NCBI GenBank assembly: GCA_049516875.1
Contig: JBEKSS010000014.1
Span: forward strand, 1-64,000
Length of the DNA: 64,000 nucleotides
Origin: Candidatus Bathyarchaeia archaeon
GTDB lineage: Archaea; Thermoproteota; Bathyarchaeia; Bathyarchaeales; Bathycorpusculaceae
Direction of reading: 5' to 3'
Positions 23,838 through 33,897 of the stretch are shown in pieces. The notes below the pieces were generated by a model. It searched no databases. It was not told the DNA's origin and was given only the letters and a program-made list of their open reading frames with translations. The number at the start of each line of letters is the position of its first letter. The stretch's first letter is position 1. The translations under genes and the position numbers were made by a program.

Positions 23838-24575
23838 CTAGAGAAAAAAGCGTGCATTCAGTTCTGTTATTGGTAAAAATCTCTGGAATGCTTCTCTGAT
23901 GTCACCGCTGTTTTCCAATTCGTATAGATATCCTAGTGCCCAGTAATCTTCTCCGTCGAAAGATTGATTCAACATTCCCCTAAGGTATTTTTCAATATGC
24001 GTTCCAAGGCACATCGAATTGCAGACGAAATGTAATCCCCAATTTCTTTCGTTTTCACCGACCAGATAAGCGTCGATGTATTGCTTGATTGTACTCGCGA
24101 GTTCCCCATCATTTCTCCAGCTAAGCTGTTTCGTCCTGTCGTCACTAAGTAATTCTAGAGCAATTTCAGTTCCTTTAGAAGCGAAGTTAAGTATTTCATC
24201 AACAGAAGAGCTGTAATCTGAAAGTACCTTAGGTCTATCAAGCTCAAATTCATAGTCTCTTATCTCAAGCTTGTCCTGTTGGGGGTTGACGAGGAATCTT
24301 GAAGACAAGTCAGCCATTGCATCTCGGATTTCCGGTGGGATTTGTGTTTTCTGTTCCTCTGAAAGGTAAATGCTGCGACTTGTTGGTGGATTCATCGAAG
24401 GTATGCTGAGACAGGCGTAGAGCGAATCATCAGGAGTGCGGGGAGATTCGAAGTGGTAAGTCAGGACACAGCCGTTGATCAGCGAATTTCGCCACTTGAG
24501 GACTAATGATCTGAATAATTTGTGCAGCTTTATCTGCATGTCAACTTTGCATTTAAAATCAAAATGCACCCACAA
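23838..24575 (-). CDS. Hypothetical protein
   Basis: 245-aa ORF, no family recognised. Confidence 0.65.
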   Translation of the reverse strand: MWVHFDFKCKVDMQIKLHKLFRSLVLKWRNSLINGCVLTYHFESPRTPDDSLYACLSIPSMNPPTSRSIYLSEEQKTQIPPEIRDAMADLSSRFLVNPQQDKLEIRDYEFELDRPKVLSDYSSSVDEILNFASKGTEIALELLSDDRTKQLSWRNDGELASTIKQYIDAYLVGENERNWGLHFVCNSMCLGTHIEKYLRGMLNQSFDGEDYWALGYLYELENSGDIREAFQRFLPITELNARFFL

Positions 24576-24855
24576 GGCTCTTCCACATCGGTAGCTAGCT
24601 AGTTTCAGCTATAACTTTTCCGCAAAATCCTGTAAGGTTTCCTTGTGTGTCTCCTGTCGCCCCCGTGGCCCCGGGTCCGTGGCCCCCTTTTCTTTTTCCA
24701 TTTTCCTTAGGAAAAATTAGAGGTGCCTCTTTCCCTTGCCCACCCCTTTTGTGCGTGTGTGGGTGATATGGAGAGAGTAGGTAGGTGTGTGCTTGAGTGT
24801 GTGTTAGTAAGAGTCGTAGAGAGTAGTAGAGAGCGCGTGGCGTGGTGCGGCTTGA

Positions 24856-24881
24856 GGGGTAAAGTCTTATCCCAAACCCAA
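24856..24881. repeat. Island palindrome family, copy 6 (reverse)
   Basis: GGGGTAAAGTCTTATCCcaaaccca. Confidence 0.8.
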
Positions 24882-24913
24882 TTCATAGTTGACTGGCAGG
24901 GTCTGAAGGAGAC

Positions 24914-25219
24914 GTGGGCGTTTCGACAGGAGCACATTGGAAACGAAGGCTAATCTCTCTCGTCTGGATTCTTTTGCCATTTTTTTCGTATGGTTTGTAT
25001 CTGACTTGGTTTGATGGGGGCGTTCTCGAGGGGATGGAAGCTGAATCTGTTGTTGTGTATGTTCCCCTTGCCTTTCTGCTTGCTTTTCTTGATTTGATTG
25101 TCAATAAGTGGCTGCTACTGATGCTGTATTACGTGTTGTCCTTTGTAGCGCTATTCGTCGGTTACTACATTTATGACAAACGCAGGCAAAGGGTGCGCAC
25201 GCTACCGCAAAAAACCTGA
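24914..25219 (+). CDS. Small membrane protein
   Basis: Three hydrophobic segments and a basic tail. Confidence 0.6.
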   Translation: MGVSTGAHWKRRLISLVWILLPFFSYGLYLTWFDGGVLEGMEAESVVVYVPLAFLLAFLDLIVNKWLLLMLYYVLSFVALFVGYYIYDKRRQRVRTLPQKT

Positions 25220-25280
25220 ACATTATTGTTACCGTCTGCTTTGTTCGTCGTTCATCCATTTTGTGACTATTTCTTCTGCA

Positions 25281-25326
25281 TTGGTTTGGTTTGGGGTAAA
25301 GTTTTATCCCAAACCCAAACCCAAAA
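25281..25326. repeat. Island palindrome family, copy 7 (longest arms)
   Basis: ttggtttggtttGGGGTAAAGTTTTATCCcaaacccaaacccaaaa. Confidence 0.9.
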
Positions 25327-25365
25327 ACAGAAAAGTGTGTGTTACGAAGTTATGAGTGACGCGGA

Positions 25366-26052
25366 ATGAAACGAAAAGTCGTTCTTGTGCTTTGCATATT
25401 GCTTGTGATGGTGATTCTAGTATCGTCAATGGTTTACTACTTCTGGTACGTGCCTTATGTGCACGTTCCACAAGCGCTCGGGCGGCAGTATATGTCGGTG
25501 TCTTTCTGGCCAGAATTTATTGGAGATATCAAAAGCAGCCCGACTCCCCTCCACCTAAACTATGAAGGGAATGCGATGAACGTAACTTATGTCTCAATAG
25601 AAATCAATGTGACCAATAGCTACTTCCAACCTGTATACATAAACTTCAGCGGTTTTGACGTAGTCTGGCTCATATATAAAAGGACGGTAACTGACCCTTC
25701 AGATGTCCTGAGTAACAGAGACTCTCTCGTTTGGGGGGCTTACTATTATTTGGTTTATGAAGCAATATCGAACCCACGTAGAGGTATCCACGACTTCGCG
25801 GGAGACGATCTAGAATTCTATTCAGCAAATAGAAACAACACAAATTTCCAGACAGACATACCGAGCGGTAGCAGATCACAGTACTATGGGTACGCGTTGT
25901 TCGATGATCACATGGGCGGCGAGTGGTATGGCCAATATTATTCAAATCCTGAGTCACTCGTATCTCCAGGAACGTATTTCATGTACTGCATAATCTACGA
26001 CTTTTCATGCACTCTACAAAACATAACCATAACTTCAGCAGCCCTACACTAG
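25366..26052 (+). CDS. Membrane-anchored hypothetical protein
   Basis: N-terminal signal/TM; Ig-like ending VSPGTYFMY. Confidence 0.7.
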   Translation: MKRKVVLVLCILLVMVILVSSMVYYFWYVPYVHVPQALGRQYMSVSFWPEFIGDIKSSPTPLHLNYEGNAMNVTYVSIEINVTNSYFQPVYINFSGFDVVWLIYKRTVTDPSDVLSNRDSLVWGAYYYLVYEAISNPRRGIHDFAGDDLEFYSANRNNTNFQTDIPSGSRSQYYGYALFDDHMGGEWYGQYYSNPESLVSPGTYFMYCIIYDFSCTLQNITITSAALH

Positions 26053-26092
26053 CAAAAACGATCCTGTATTGAGACTCAGCGCACGCGCTATC

Positions 26093-26368
26093 TTAGGGTT
26101 CGACTCTTGTGGTATTCGGGAAATTAAGGCTGGCGTGTTGGTCGTAACCCGTCTTTAGTACAAGTAATTCTGGTTTTGGTGTTGTCGATTGATCTTTAGC
26201 TTGTGGTTGGTCTTTGGTTTCGGGTTTGGTTTCTTCATTCATACTTTTTGCCCTTTCTAGGAGTTTGGGGATTTCTATTTCTGTCCTTAGTCTCCCGTGT
26301 TCTATTTCGTCACGTGTTCTTTTTTGGGTTTCGTTTGTTTGATTTGTCATGTATATCCTCCAATTCAC
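26093..26368 (-). CDS. Integrase N-terminal fragment (ATG at 26350) containing LKTGYDQHASL
   Basis: Reads the att core in the same frame as integrase D; no catalytic part follows. Confidence 0.7.
   Translation of the reverse strand: MNWRIYMTNQTNETQKRTRDEIEHGRLRTEIEIPKLLERAKSMNEETKPETKDQPQAKDQSTTPKPELLVLKTGYDQHASLNFPNTTRVEP
26126..26156 (-). repeat. att copy C
   Basis: aaggctggcgtgttggtcgtaacccgtcttt, one mismatch to rnpB 3' end. Confidence 0.93.
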
Positions 26369-26602
26369 CGCGTGCGTCGGTTTTTCTTTTTAACGTTTGG
26401 TCTCGCATGTACATCAACCCACATTCCTAATCGTTTCATTGACGAGGCGACAATATGCCTTTCCCGACTGAGCAACTTTTTAGGACTGCGGGGAGCGCGC
26501 GCTGTGCGGGCGACTTGTTGCTCTGTTGGATTTCCGCGCTACTTTACTGAGCGTTAAAACGGCGGGTGTTTATAGCGTTCTGTTGTTTACTGTTGTTTGT
26601 TG

Positions 26603-26647
26603 TTTGTTCTGTTGTTGTTTGTTCTGTTGTTGTTTGTTCTGTTGTTG
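26603..26647. repeat. Tandem repeat, 3 x TTTGTTCTGTTGTTG
   Basis: Three exact 15-bp units. Confidence 0.9.
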
Positions 26648-26897
26648 TTAGCGTGTGTTAGTTAATTCGTTCCTGTTAGCGAGAGTATAGCGAGTTGTTT
26701 GTGGCGTTATTGTTGCTGTTCCTTTGGCGTTCGATTGGCGTTTTGCCTATTTTTGTAGCGCGCGCGACCTTGTTGGATATTTTGTATCAGTAAAAAGTTG
26801 CGAAGGAGGCGCACCCTGAGCGGAGCGAGGGGGAAAGGCTTATGTCGCCGAGGATTTCGAAGCGCGCGCTATAATACTTTTGCGCGCGATTTCTTGC

Positions 26898-27488
26898 TCA
26901 TTTGAGCAGTTGGGATATTTTTGACAGTTTTTCCTGAGTCTGGTTTACTGAATCCACGATTTGTCGGTATTGTTTTGGATACTTCTTTGCGATTGTTATG
27001 AACTGTTTTACCACTTGGGGGGTGAATCCTGTGCGCATTTGGTTGGCTAGGATGGAATCGATGTCGGTTTGTTCTATTTTTCCCTTGGTTAATGCTGCGA
27101 GATATAATACCTCGAACGCGTTTTCTCCGAGAATCGGTGTGGTTTCTATGAGAAATTGAAGGTTAATGTCTTTTGGATAAAATTCACGTGCTCTGATAAG
27201 AATTGTTTGGGGATCTGCTCCTCTGCTTATTGCGAGGAATATGCCTAGTTCGGTAAGCCAGAAAGACGGGTATTTTGTGCCGTGATATTCTTTAGTTGTT
27301 ACGCTTTTGATCAGTCCTTTCTTCTTCAGTGTGTCGAAAGCAATCCATGTGGATTTGTACTGCCCGTTGATTTGCTTCATAGTTTCATTAATGGTTTGAG
27401 CGTTGTTCCTTGCCAGACTCAGAATTACACGCTCCTGCAAGGGAGGAAAGTCACGTGTCTTCCTATTTTGCTTAGACATATGTCTCAC
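26898..27488 (-). CDS. Winged-helix domain protein, divergent from rep operon
   Basis: YKSTWIAFDTLKKKGLI...FWLTELG. Confidence 0.7.
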   Translation of the reverse strand: MRHMSKQNRKTRDFPPLQERVILSLARNNAQTINETMKQINGQYKSTWIAFDTLKKKGLIKSVTTKEYHGTKYPSFWLTELGIFLAISRGADPQTILIRAREFYPKDINLQFLIETTPILGENAFEVLYLAALTKGKIEQTDIDSILANQMRTGFTPQVVKQFITIAKKYPKQYRQIVDSVNQTQEKLSKISQLLK

Positions 27489-27617
27489 TGAGCTTAGATA
27501 TGTTATATCTCACCATATATAAAAGTTCTTGCCTAAAACTACTCGGTGAGAAAAGTTGTTTGAAAATTCGAAACGGAAAACTGCGCACGCTGTGCTCCCT
27601 TTGGGAGTTGATTTTCT

Positions 27618-27818
27618 ATGGCTGAGGGTAAGCTGCTGAACTGTATCTTCTGGGATGGTGTCGCTTGTAAGCATCGTAAGTCTGAGACGGTGAACATGAT
27701 GGTTCGATGTTGGAGCTGTCGCCAGTTCAAGCGGTTTGTGAGACAAATGGATGATGCTGATGCGAAAATCATGGAGGAAAATGAGAAGAGGCGTTCGGAA
27801 GGTGACGGTCTTGGTTGA
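27618..27818 (+). CDS. Small Cys-rich protein upstream of rep
   Basis: C..C...CWSC; GGGAG before ATG; overlaps rep start. Confidence 0.6.
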   Translation: MAEGKLLNCIFWDGVACKHRKSETVNMMVRCWSCRQFKRFVRQMDDADAKIMEENEKRRSEGDGLG

Positions 27819-28836
27819 CGCTGCTGTCCTCCGATTGGTTCGCTATTTTCTGGTTCTCCTTAGGTTGAACCCTCAGTTGATGGAGAATGCCTATTGGTAT
27901 CTGCCCGTTCTGGACGATGGCCACGATAATTATGCGCAGGTGGGTCATAGCCCTAGCGTTGTAACTCCTTACTGTTGCTATTTCAGGGGTTGGAAGGTCT
28001 GTCGTGAAAAGGACTTGCATAAGGGTGTGGTTGTGAACGGTGTTGATTTTACGGATAAATCGGCGGTTTCCCCTTCACATCTCTGGTGTAAGAATTGGCA
28101 TTGCCCTAAGTGTTTTCTTCACGGTGCTTGTGTCGTTGGTGCCCGTAGGATTGAAGACCGCCTGACTGCCTTCGTTGAGCGTGGACTTGGTAAGGTCGAG
28201 CACGTAGTTTTTTCGGTTCCAAAGGCTTCTCAGGACTTACCATTGGAAGTCTTGTTCAAGATGCTTCCGTCAGTGGCAAAGGACAGGGGCGTGTCTGGTG
28301 TCTCAATTTTTCATGGGCGGTACATAAATACTGAGCTTGGCGGCCTTGCATGGAGAGCACATTTCCACGTGTTGGGTTTTGTTGACGGTGGCTTTTACCG
28401 TTGCAGGACTTGTGAACATGAGCGCAGTGCATGTGCTAGCTGTGACGGTTTCAAGGGTTGTGAAGTTCGAGGCTTTGCCAAAGACGGGTGGATTGTCAAG
28501 GTTGCTGATGAACGTTTGAGCATCTTTGGTACGGCGTGGTATCAGTTAAATCACCATACGGTAAAGCTCGGTTTTCGCAGGGTGCACTCTGTCAGATGGT
28601 TTGGTAAGTGTGGCAACAGGATGCTAAAATCCAAGTACCATAGGTCTGGTGCTGGTTGCTCCTGTCCCGTTTGTCGGGCTGCTGGTCACGAGTCGGTAAT
28701 GGATAATGGCGGATACTGGGGTAAACGTTTGCCTGATGATGTCTCCGATCCGCGTTACAAGTCTGTTTACGCTGTGCCTGATTTGGATGAAGAGGGCTTG
28801 CCAAACTTTGCCGATGGAGGTGATAGACTTGGTTAA
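27751..28836 (+). CDS. Rolling-circle replication initiator (HUH endonuclease); start probably ~27802
   Basis: Motif I HVVFS, motif II HFHVLG, motif III YQLNH, plus several CxxC. Confidence 0.75.
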   Translation: MMLMRKSWRKMRRGVRKVTVLVDAAVLRLVRYFLVLLRLNPQLMENAYWYLPVLDDGHDNYAQVGHSPSVVTPYCCYFRGWKVCREKDLHKGVVVNGVDFTDKSAVSPSHLWCKNWHCPKCFLHGACVVGARRIEDRLTAFVERGLGKVEHVVFSVPKASQDLPLEVLFKMLPSVAKDRGVSGVSIFHGRYINTELGGLAWRAHFHVLGFVDGGFYRCRTCEHERSACASCDGFKGCEVRGFAKDGWIVKVADERLSIFGTAWYQLNHHTVKLGFRRVHSVRWFGKCGNRMLKSKYHRSGAGCSCPVCRAAGHESVMDNGGYWGKRLPDDVSDPRYKSVYAVPDLDEEGLPNFADGGDRLG

Positions 28837-28987
28837 GGTCCAAATATGTCCTTTCGATGGCTTACCATGCGAGTTTGTGGATTCTTGCGATGATGCTATG
28901 GTCTTGCTCTTAGAGCGTGAAGGTCTCAAAGGCTTCGATACTGAGAATGGTGAACATTGTTCACGCGCTGTTATTCGGCTAAAATGA
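28829..28987 (+). CDS. Small Cys-containing protein downstream of rep
   Basis: GGAGGTGA before TTG; CPFDGLPCEFVDSC. Confidence 0.55.
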   Translation: MVKVQICPFDGLPCEFVDSCDDAMVLLLEREGLKGFDTENGEHCSRAVIRLK

Positions 28988-29029
28988 GTTTCGTACCAAG
29001 CGCGCGCTCTAATCTTCTCTTTTTTTCTC

Positions 29030-29824
29030 TTAGCGCGCCCACAAGCGCCATTTTTTGGTTTCAGACAAAATAGTTTTGCCCAATTCAGTAAAGTAGTATT
29101 CTGGCTGACCGCCATACACTTTTTTCCTGAAGGGAATCGGCTTTGCACTTCTAATGACTCCGAGATTGATAAGGTCACGGGCGATTCTTCTCAAGTCGTT
29201 CTTCTCACAGCTTTCATGGTAGAGACCATACTCTCCTTTGCGGCTTGAATCGAATGCACATAAGTCAAAACCCCTATCAACATATCCTCGGACTACTTCC
29301 AAAAATGAGATCATATCAATGTCCAATGCGCCCAAAACATTTCTGACCATTAAGTCTCTCGTTAAGTCCACTTGTTTTTCGGCATTTATCACAAGCTTTC
29401 TTATTTTGTCTCTTGAATTTTTTGCATTCTGTGTGGAAAATTTGTTCCATCTGAGGTGCCTAATATCAAAAGAAATATTTTCTGACTTTTCATCCCTTAC
29501 GATGATTACCTCCTGTGGCAGACGGATGGCATGAGCTATGCCCAGTTCGTACATAACATTTGGATTTGGTCGGTCTTTTTCATCATTCGAAATATCGAAT
29601 AACAACAACTTTGCTCTGCCGACTCCTTCCAAAACATCAATAGGAATCGAGTCGCTAACAAGTCGCTCTTTTGTACGATATGGTTTCAGACCGCATGAAA
29701 GAATAGCAGGTTTAAAGATATCTTTCCATCGTTGTTCGAATTGAGAGGAGAAAGGCATTGCCACAAATACTTCCATTGTCCTATCGAATGACCTGAACAA
29801 GTCCATGTAAGTTTTTGGGTACAT
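29030..29824 (-). CDS. Nucleoside 2-deoxyribosyltransferase/TIR-like domain with wHTH-like C-terminus
   Basis: VFVAMPF, DIS....NPNVMYELGIAHA, FDIRHLR. Confidence 0.75.
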   Translation of the reverse strand: MYPKTYMDLFRSFDRTMEVFVAMPFSSQFEQRWKDIFKPAILSCGLKPYRTKERLVSDSIPIDVLEGVGRAKLLLFDISNDEKDRPNPNVMYELGIAHAIRLPQEVIIVRDEKSENISFDIRHLRWNKFSTQNAKNSRDKIRKLVINAEKQVDLTRDLMVRNVLGALDIDMISFLEVVRGYVDRGFDLCAFDSSRKGEYGLYHESCEKNDLRRIARDLINLGVIRSAKPIPFRKKVYGGQPEYYFTELGKTILSETKKWRLWAR

Positions 29825-29907
29825 TCCTATTGCATCATTCCAATTTCTTGTACCTTACGTGGAACTTTCCAAACAAATTGGTTTCACCAGACATTTGATT
29901 GAGTGCC

Positions 29908-30501
29908 TTATTGTTCTTGTTGGATTCTCAGCCAGTCTTTTATCAGAAGCTTGAACCTTACTATCTCATCATTGTCCAGTTCGCAGCTATGGGCGATAAT
30001 GTTTCTAATGTTATTGAATTGACAGAGTGTGTCTTGAACTGCCTTTCTGCTTCTGAGAATATCTGCAAAGTCATTCCAATTTGAGTTGAATATGTCGGTT
30101 AACTCACCGAAGTTTGTATAGGATAAGTTATCATCAGACCGAATCGACATTGCAGTTTCTCTTTCCTTTGCTTGCAGTTTCTTGACGTTATCTTTTATAA
30201 CCACTGGAACTTTTTTTTCCCACCAATCGGTGCCGTGTTTTTCTCTCAGAACGTCAGTGATGAGCTTACGTACACTGTTCTCCATGCTGAAATATAATAC
30301 ATAGAAATCTGCCATTTTGCGAGCTTTCTGAAGGATTTCGAGTTCAAATAGGTCGGTGTCTACTAGTTCGTCTTTCTTCATTTGTTGTGAATGCCCGATT
30401 TCGATACCTGACCTTTCCAATTTCGCGAGTTCACCTTCAAGCATCAAGTTCTTCATTCCAAAAACTAGGATTTGTTTGTTTCTTTCATTCTCGTCTTTCA
30501 T
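29908..30501 (-). CDS. Swt1-like HEPN domain protein (predicted RNase)
   Basis: ENSVR, WW, FGEL..I, RNIIAH (RxxxxH). Confidence 0.8.
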   Translation of the reverse strand: MKDENERNKQILVFGMKNLMLEGELAKLERSGIEIGHSQQMKKDELVDTDLFELEILQKARKMADFYVLYFSMENSVRKLITDVLREKHGTDWWEKKVPVVIKDNVKKLQAKERETAMSIRSDDNLSYTNFGELTDIFNSNWNDFADILRSRKAVQDTLCQFNNIRNIIAHSCELDNDEIVRFKLLIKDWLRIQQEQ

Positions 30502-31112
30502 GTTAGGAGGTGCTCCTTCAGAGCTTTGAAGATAGCATTGAACACTTCGACGTCGTTTGTTGCAGGAAGGTTGAGATTTATCGTATAGGATATTCCGAGT
30601 TTCTCAATCGGTTGCTGCTTCGACTTTAATTGAGGCTCTAACGGTTCCTGTGAAACAGCTGACGTTGCTTCTGTTATTTCTGTTGTCTCAAAATCAGCTA
30701 AGCTGCACAGTGCTAAAAAAGTACTCACCACTTTAGGCGTAACCTTATCGTCTGAGGGAGTGCCTAGAACTGTATTCAGTTTGGCGATTATTTCATCTCT
30801 TTTGAGCTTTTGTGCGTACTCATTAGCGGCAAATATCTCTTTGTAAGCCTTCTTCACTTGTTGAGCCATTACAATTTTGGATTTCATTGGGTCGCGGTAC
30901 TCTCTGTAGGCAGGGGTTGGGCCATTAGCTTCATCAACAAATCCGAGTCTCTTAAGAAGTGCGATAAAAGGTCTAAAACTTGATGACTTCAAACCGAGTT
31001 TTGTGTATATGAAATCGACTGTGATTTTGGGTGGCACCTGTGCTTCCGTTATTCTTTTGAAAAACTCTTCTATTCTACCGTAAGCGTCCACATAAGGAGG
31101 ATAAGTGACCAA
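30498..31112 (-). CDS. DUF5343-like protein
   Basis: PY...LKRLGFVD..G.PT..Y..YR, YTINLNLP...FNAIFKALKEHL; ATGA overlap with HEPN gene. Confidence 0.75.
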   Translation of the reverse strand: MVTYPPYVDAYGRIEEFFKRITEAQVPPKITVDFIYTKLGLKSSSFRPFIALLKRLGFVDEANGPTPAYREYRDPMKSKIVMAQQVKKAYKEIFAANEYAQKLKRDEIIAKLNTVLGTPSDDKVTPKVVSTFLALCSLADFETTEITEATSAVSQEPLEPQLKSKQQPIEKLGISYTINLNLPATNDVEVFNAIFKALKEHLLT

Positions 31113-31497
31113 TTTTATTCTCCGTTATCTCGTTAGTGAACTAACACATAAGAGGTTTTTGGTCAGTATGTCTTTTGTTCAATTTTGTGGTCTGAAACCA
31201 CGTTCATGTAGTACGCGACGTCGGTTCTTTGAGCACATCGTCTGGAACGTGCGCGCGCGCATTGATGTTGGGTCGATTCGTAAGTTTCATAGAAAATGAG
31301 CAATTAGAAGCGTGGATGATGGCGAAAATGGAAAGATTGATAAAGGGGCAGCGAGTATTTGTGAGGAGTTTGTTTCGTCAAGGGTGACGCTTGCATGGAC
31401 GCTGTCTTCGCGGCCTAGGCCGTTATTGCACTGTGTTGGTAGCCTAGTCTATAGGTCTGTTTGGCGCCACCAATCTTGAAACCAGGAGGTTTCCATT

Positions 31498-31767
31498 TTG
31501 GGTTTGATTTCAACTTTGAGAGATGAGTTTGCGTTTCTTCGCGGCAACATTCTGGTCATGATGACCAGTTGGTTAGTGATGAACTTTGCTGGCGCTGTTC
31601 CCAACACTTACTATTCTCTCTTTGTCCTGGGGTTAGGCGGCACGCCCTTCATCATAGGCTTAATGCAGTTCTTTTCATACCTGGCTTTAGCTTCGACGCA
31701 GTTTCCAGGGGGTTATTTGGCAGACAAGCGCTGGAGAAAGAACCTCGTGGTGAAGCGCGGGCTTTAA
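31498..31767 (+). pseudogene. MFS transporter N-terminal fragment
   Basis: Ends just after motif A (GGYLADKRWRK) at AAGCGCGGG. Confidence 0.75.
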
Positions 31768-31779
31768 AGGGGAACACTG

Positions 31780-33063
31780 ATGAGCAAGAATAAGTCAAGA
31801 GATGAGCTGGACCCTAAACGAAGATCTCATTGGTTTTCAAGTATTTCTTTGAAGGCGGGGTTCTCAGGCTTGTCCTCCCAAGTGTATATCCTAGTGTTTC
31901 TGGGCTTTCTGTTCTCACTTGGAAATAACATTGCTTTCCCCTACCTTGCCATGTTCTTGGCAGGAAAAACTCAAAACGGGGGTTTAGGGTTTGCCTCGTC
32001 ACTCGTGGGTTTGATGCTTATGACAGGAGGATTCACTTCCACCTTTGCACTCCTGTTCACTGGAAGCTTGTGTGACAGATTTGGCAGAAAAATAATGATG
32101 ATGTCCTCACTGATTCCACAGATTCTGCTGACCATCGGCTTTGCATACGTTCACGCATATCTCGAATTCCTGCTGCTGTATGCAACACTTGGAATTGTAA
32201 TGGCCTTTTTCAACCCAGCTTACGGTGCCATGATCGCGGATCTCGTCCAGCCAGAAAGAAGGGAACAGGTCTACGGCCTAAATTACATGGTAGGCAACGT
32301 TGGTTTTATGGCTGGATTGCCCATCGGGGGTTTAATTGCAAGCATGAGTGGCTTCTCTGTGCTATACTTCTACGCTGCCATTTTTGTATCCGCAGGGGCA
32401 GCTGGCCTTGGTCTACTGATCAAGGAATCTAAGCCTCTTGAGGTCGCTAAGGAAAAGTTTTTTTCCGATGTTACCCCGATCTTTAGAGACAGAGTTTTCA
32501 TACTGTTTTGTTTCATGGGAGCCTTGACAATTGTCGTTTACTCACAACTGTACAGTTTGCTATCCGTCTACACGGAGTACCTTGGCTTTGAGCCCTACGT
32601 CTTTGGCTTTCTCTCCTCAATAGCTGGTGCGATGGTGGTGACCCTCCAAATCCCAATCAGATTGGGAACTGTGCGAATAGGTCCGACAAAAGCATTCATA
32701 ATCGCTGAGACACTCTTTGGTGCGGGATTAATCTGTTTAATGTTTGCTGCGAACTTTTCCCAATTCTTAGTAGCCATTGCAATTCTGACCATTGGAGAAA
32801 TAATCTTCTTCCCTGCAAGCTCAGCTTTTGTTGCTAATCTTGCTCCAGCAGATATGCGGGGAAGATACTTGGCTCTGATGGGACTATTCTTTGGAATAGG
32901 AGGTGCAACAACAGAACTGACGATCTTCAGTATTTATGGATTGTTGGCTAACAAAAGCTTGATCTGGGGGATTTGGGGAACGCTTGGATTCGCGATTCTC
33001 CCTGGCTATTTGATGTTATTCAAGATGGCTAAGAGACACAGATCAATTCCGACGCGGCCCTGA
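31780..33063 (+). CDS. MFS transporter
   Basis: GSLCDRFGRK, about 12 TM segments. Confidence 0.92.
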   Translation: MSKNKSRDELDPKRRSHWFSSISLKAGFSGLSSQVYILVFLGFLFSLGNNIAFPYLAMFLAGKTQNGGLGFASSLVGLMLMTGGFTSTFALLFTGSLCDRFGRKIMMMSSLIPQILLTIGFAYVHAYLEFLLLYATLGIVMAFFNPAYGAMIADLVQPERREQVYGLNYMVGNVGFMAGLPIGGLIASMSGFSVLYFYAAIFVSAGAAGLGLLIKESKPLEVAKEKFFSDVTPIFRDRVFILFCFMGALTIVVYSQLYSLLSVYTEYLGFEPYVFGFLSSIAGAMVVTLQIPIRLGTVRIGPTKAFIIAETLFGAGLICLMFAANFSQFLVAIAILTIGEIIFFPASSAFVANLAPADMRGRYLALMGLFFGIGGATTELTIFSIYGLLANKSLIWGIWGTLGFAILPGYLMLFKMAKRHRSIPTRP

Positions 33064-33198
33064 GTCAAGGCTAGTCATCTATGAAAGGTGCTGGAACCCT
33101 TAACCTATTATGTGGAAACTGCAATGCGCGCGCGTTAGAAAGCGTTATATGAAAATGAACTCGATTAAAAGTCGAGGATAGCGCGGGCGACATTTCGG

Positions 33199-33780
33199 GT
33201 GGAGGGGCACAATTTGAGACTTAACTATTTAGGTTTTATCGGAGGCATATTGGCTTTCATCAGCTTGGTGTTACCGTGGTGGGCTATGAGCATTTCGGGT
33301 TCAGCCATGGAAATTAACGTCTCTGACGAGGTTACTCTGTACCTATACCAAACGAGAGTGACCATAATAGGTTTATCAGTATCCGCTTCAACGAATCTTC
33401 CTTGGTATTGTTCGATTGCCTTAGCATTTGTGGTGTTAGGCGGCTTGCTGGGCTTGGCAGGTAGTGTCATTGCTAATGGGAGAAGGATTGTACTTTCACT
33501 TGGCGCCATACTTGCCTCGTTTTCGGTTATCATATTCGCTGTAGGATTGCAAAACCAGATTTCAAATGGGTCTTTGGTTTCGGGTTTGCCAACAGGAGTA
33601 GGTTTGTTCTCCAGTGGTGCATACGGCTATGGAATGGATTACTCGTCGTACCTGTCTTTCGGTTTTTGGCTGGCCTTGGTTGCCGCGATTATAATGTTTG
33701 TCGCACTAACGAGAGAGCGCATGCTAGAACCCGCTGAGACAATAATACCACCTCAACCTTCTCCCCCTGCGCCGACGTAG
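33199..33780 (+). CDS. Membrane protein
   Basis: Four TM segments, LPWW, GFWLALVA, Pro-rich tail. Confidence 0.75.
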   Translation: MEGHNLRLNYLGFIGGILAFISLVLPWWAMSISGSAMEINVSDEVTLYLYQTRVTIIGLSVSASTNLPWYCSIALAFVVLGGLLGLAGSVIANGRRIVLSLGAILASFSVIIFAVGLQNQISNGSLVSGLPTGVGLFSSGAYGYGMDYSSYLSFGFWLALVAAIIMFVALTRERMLEPAETIIPPQPSPPAPT

Positions 33781-33897
33781 AATCGCGCGCGCTGTTGTTG
33801 TTTTGAGTTTTTGCGAGTTGGAGCGCGAAGCGAAGCTGAGCGCGACATTGTGGTCAGGAATGACATTGAATAGAAAAAAAGGTGGGCTGTTTGTGTC

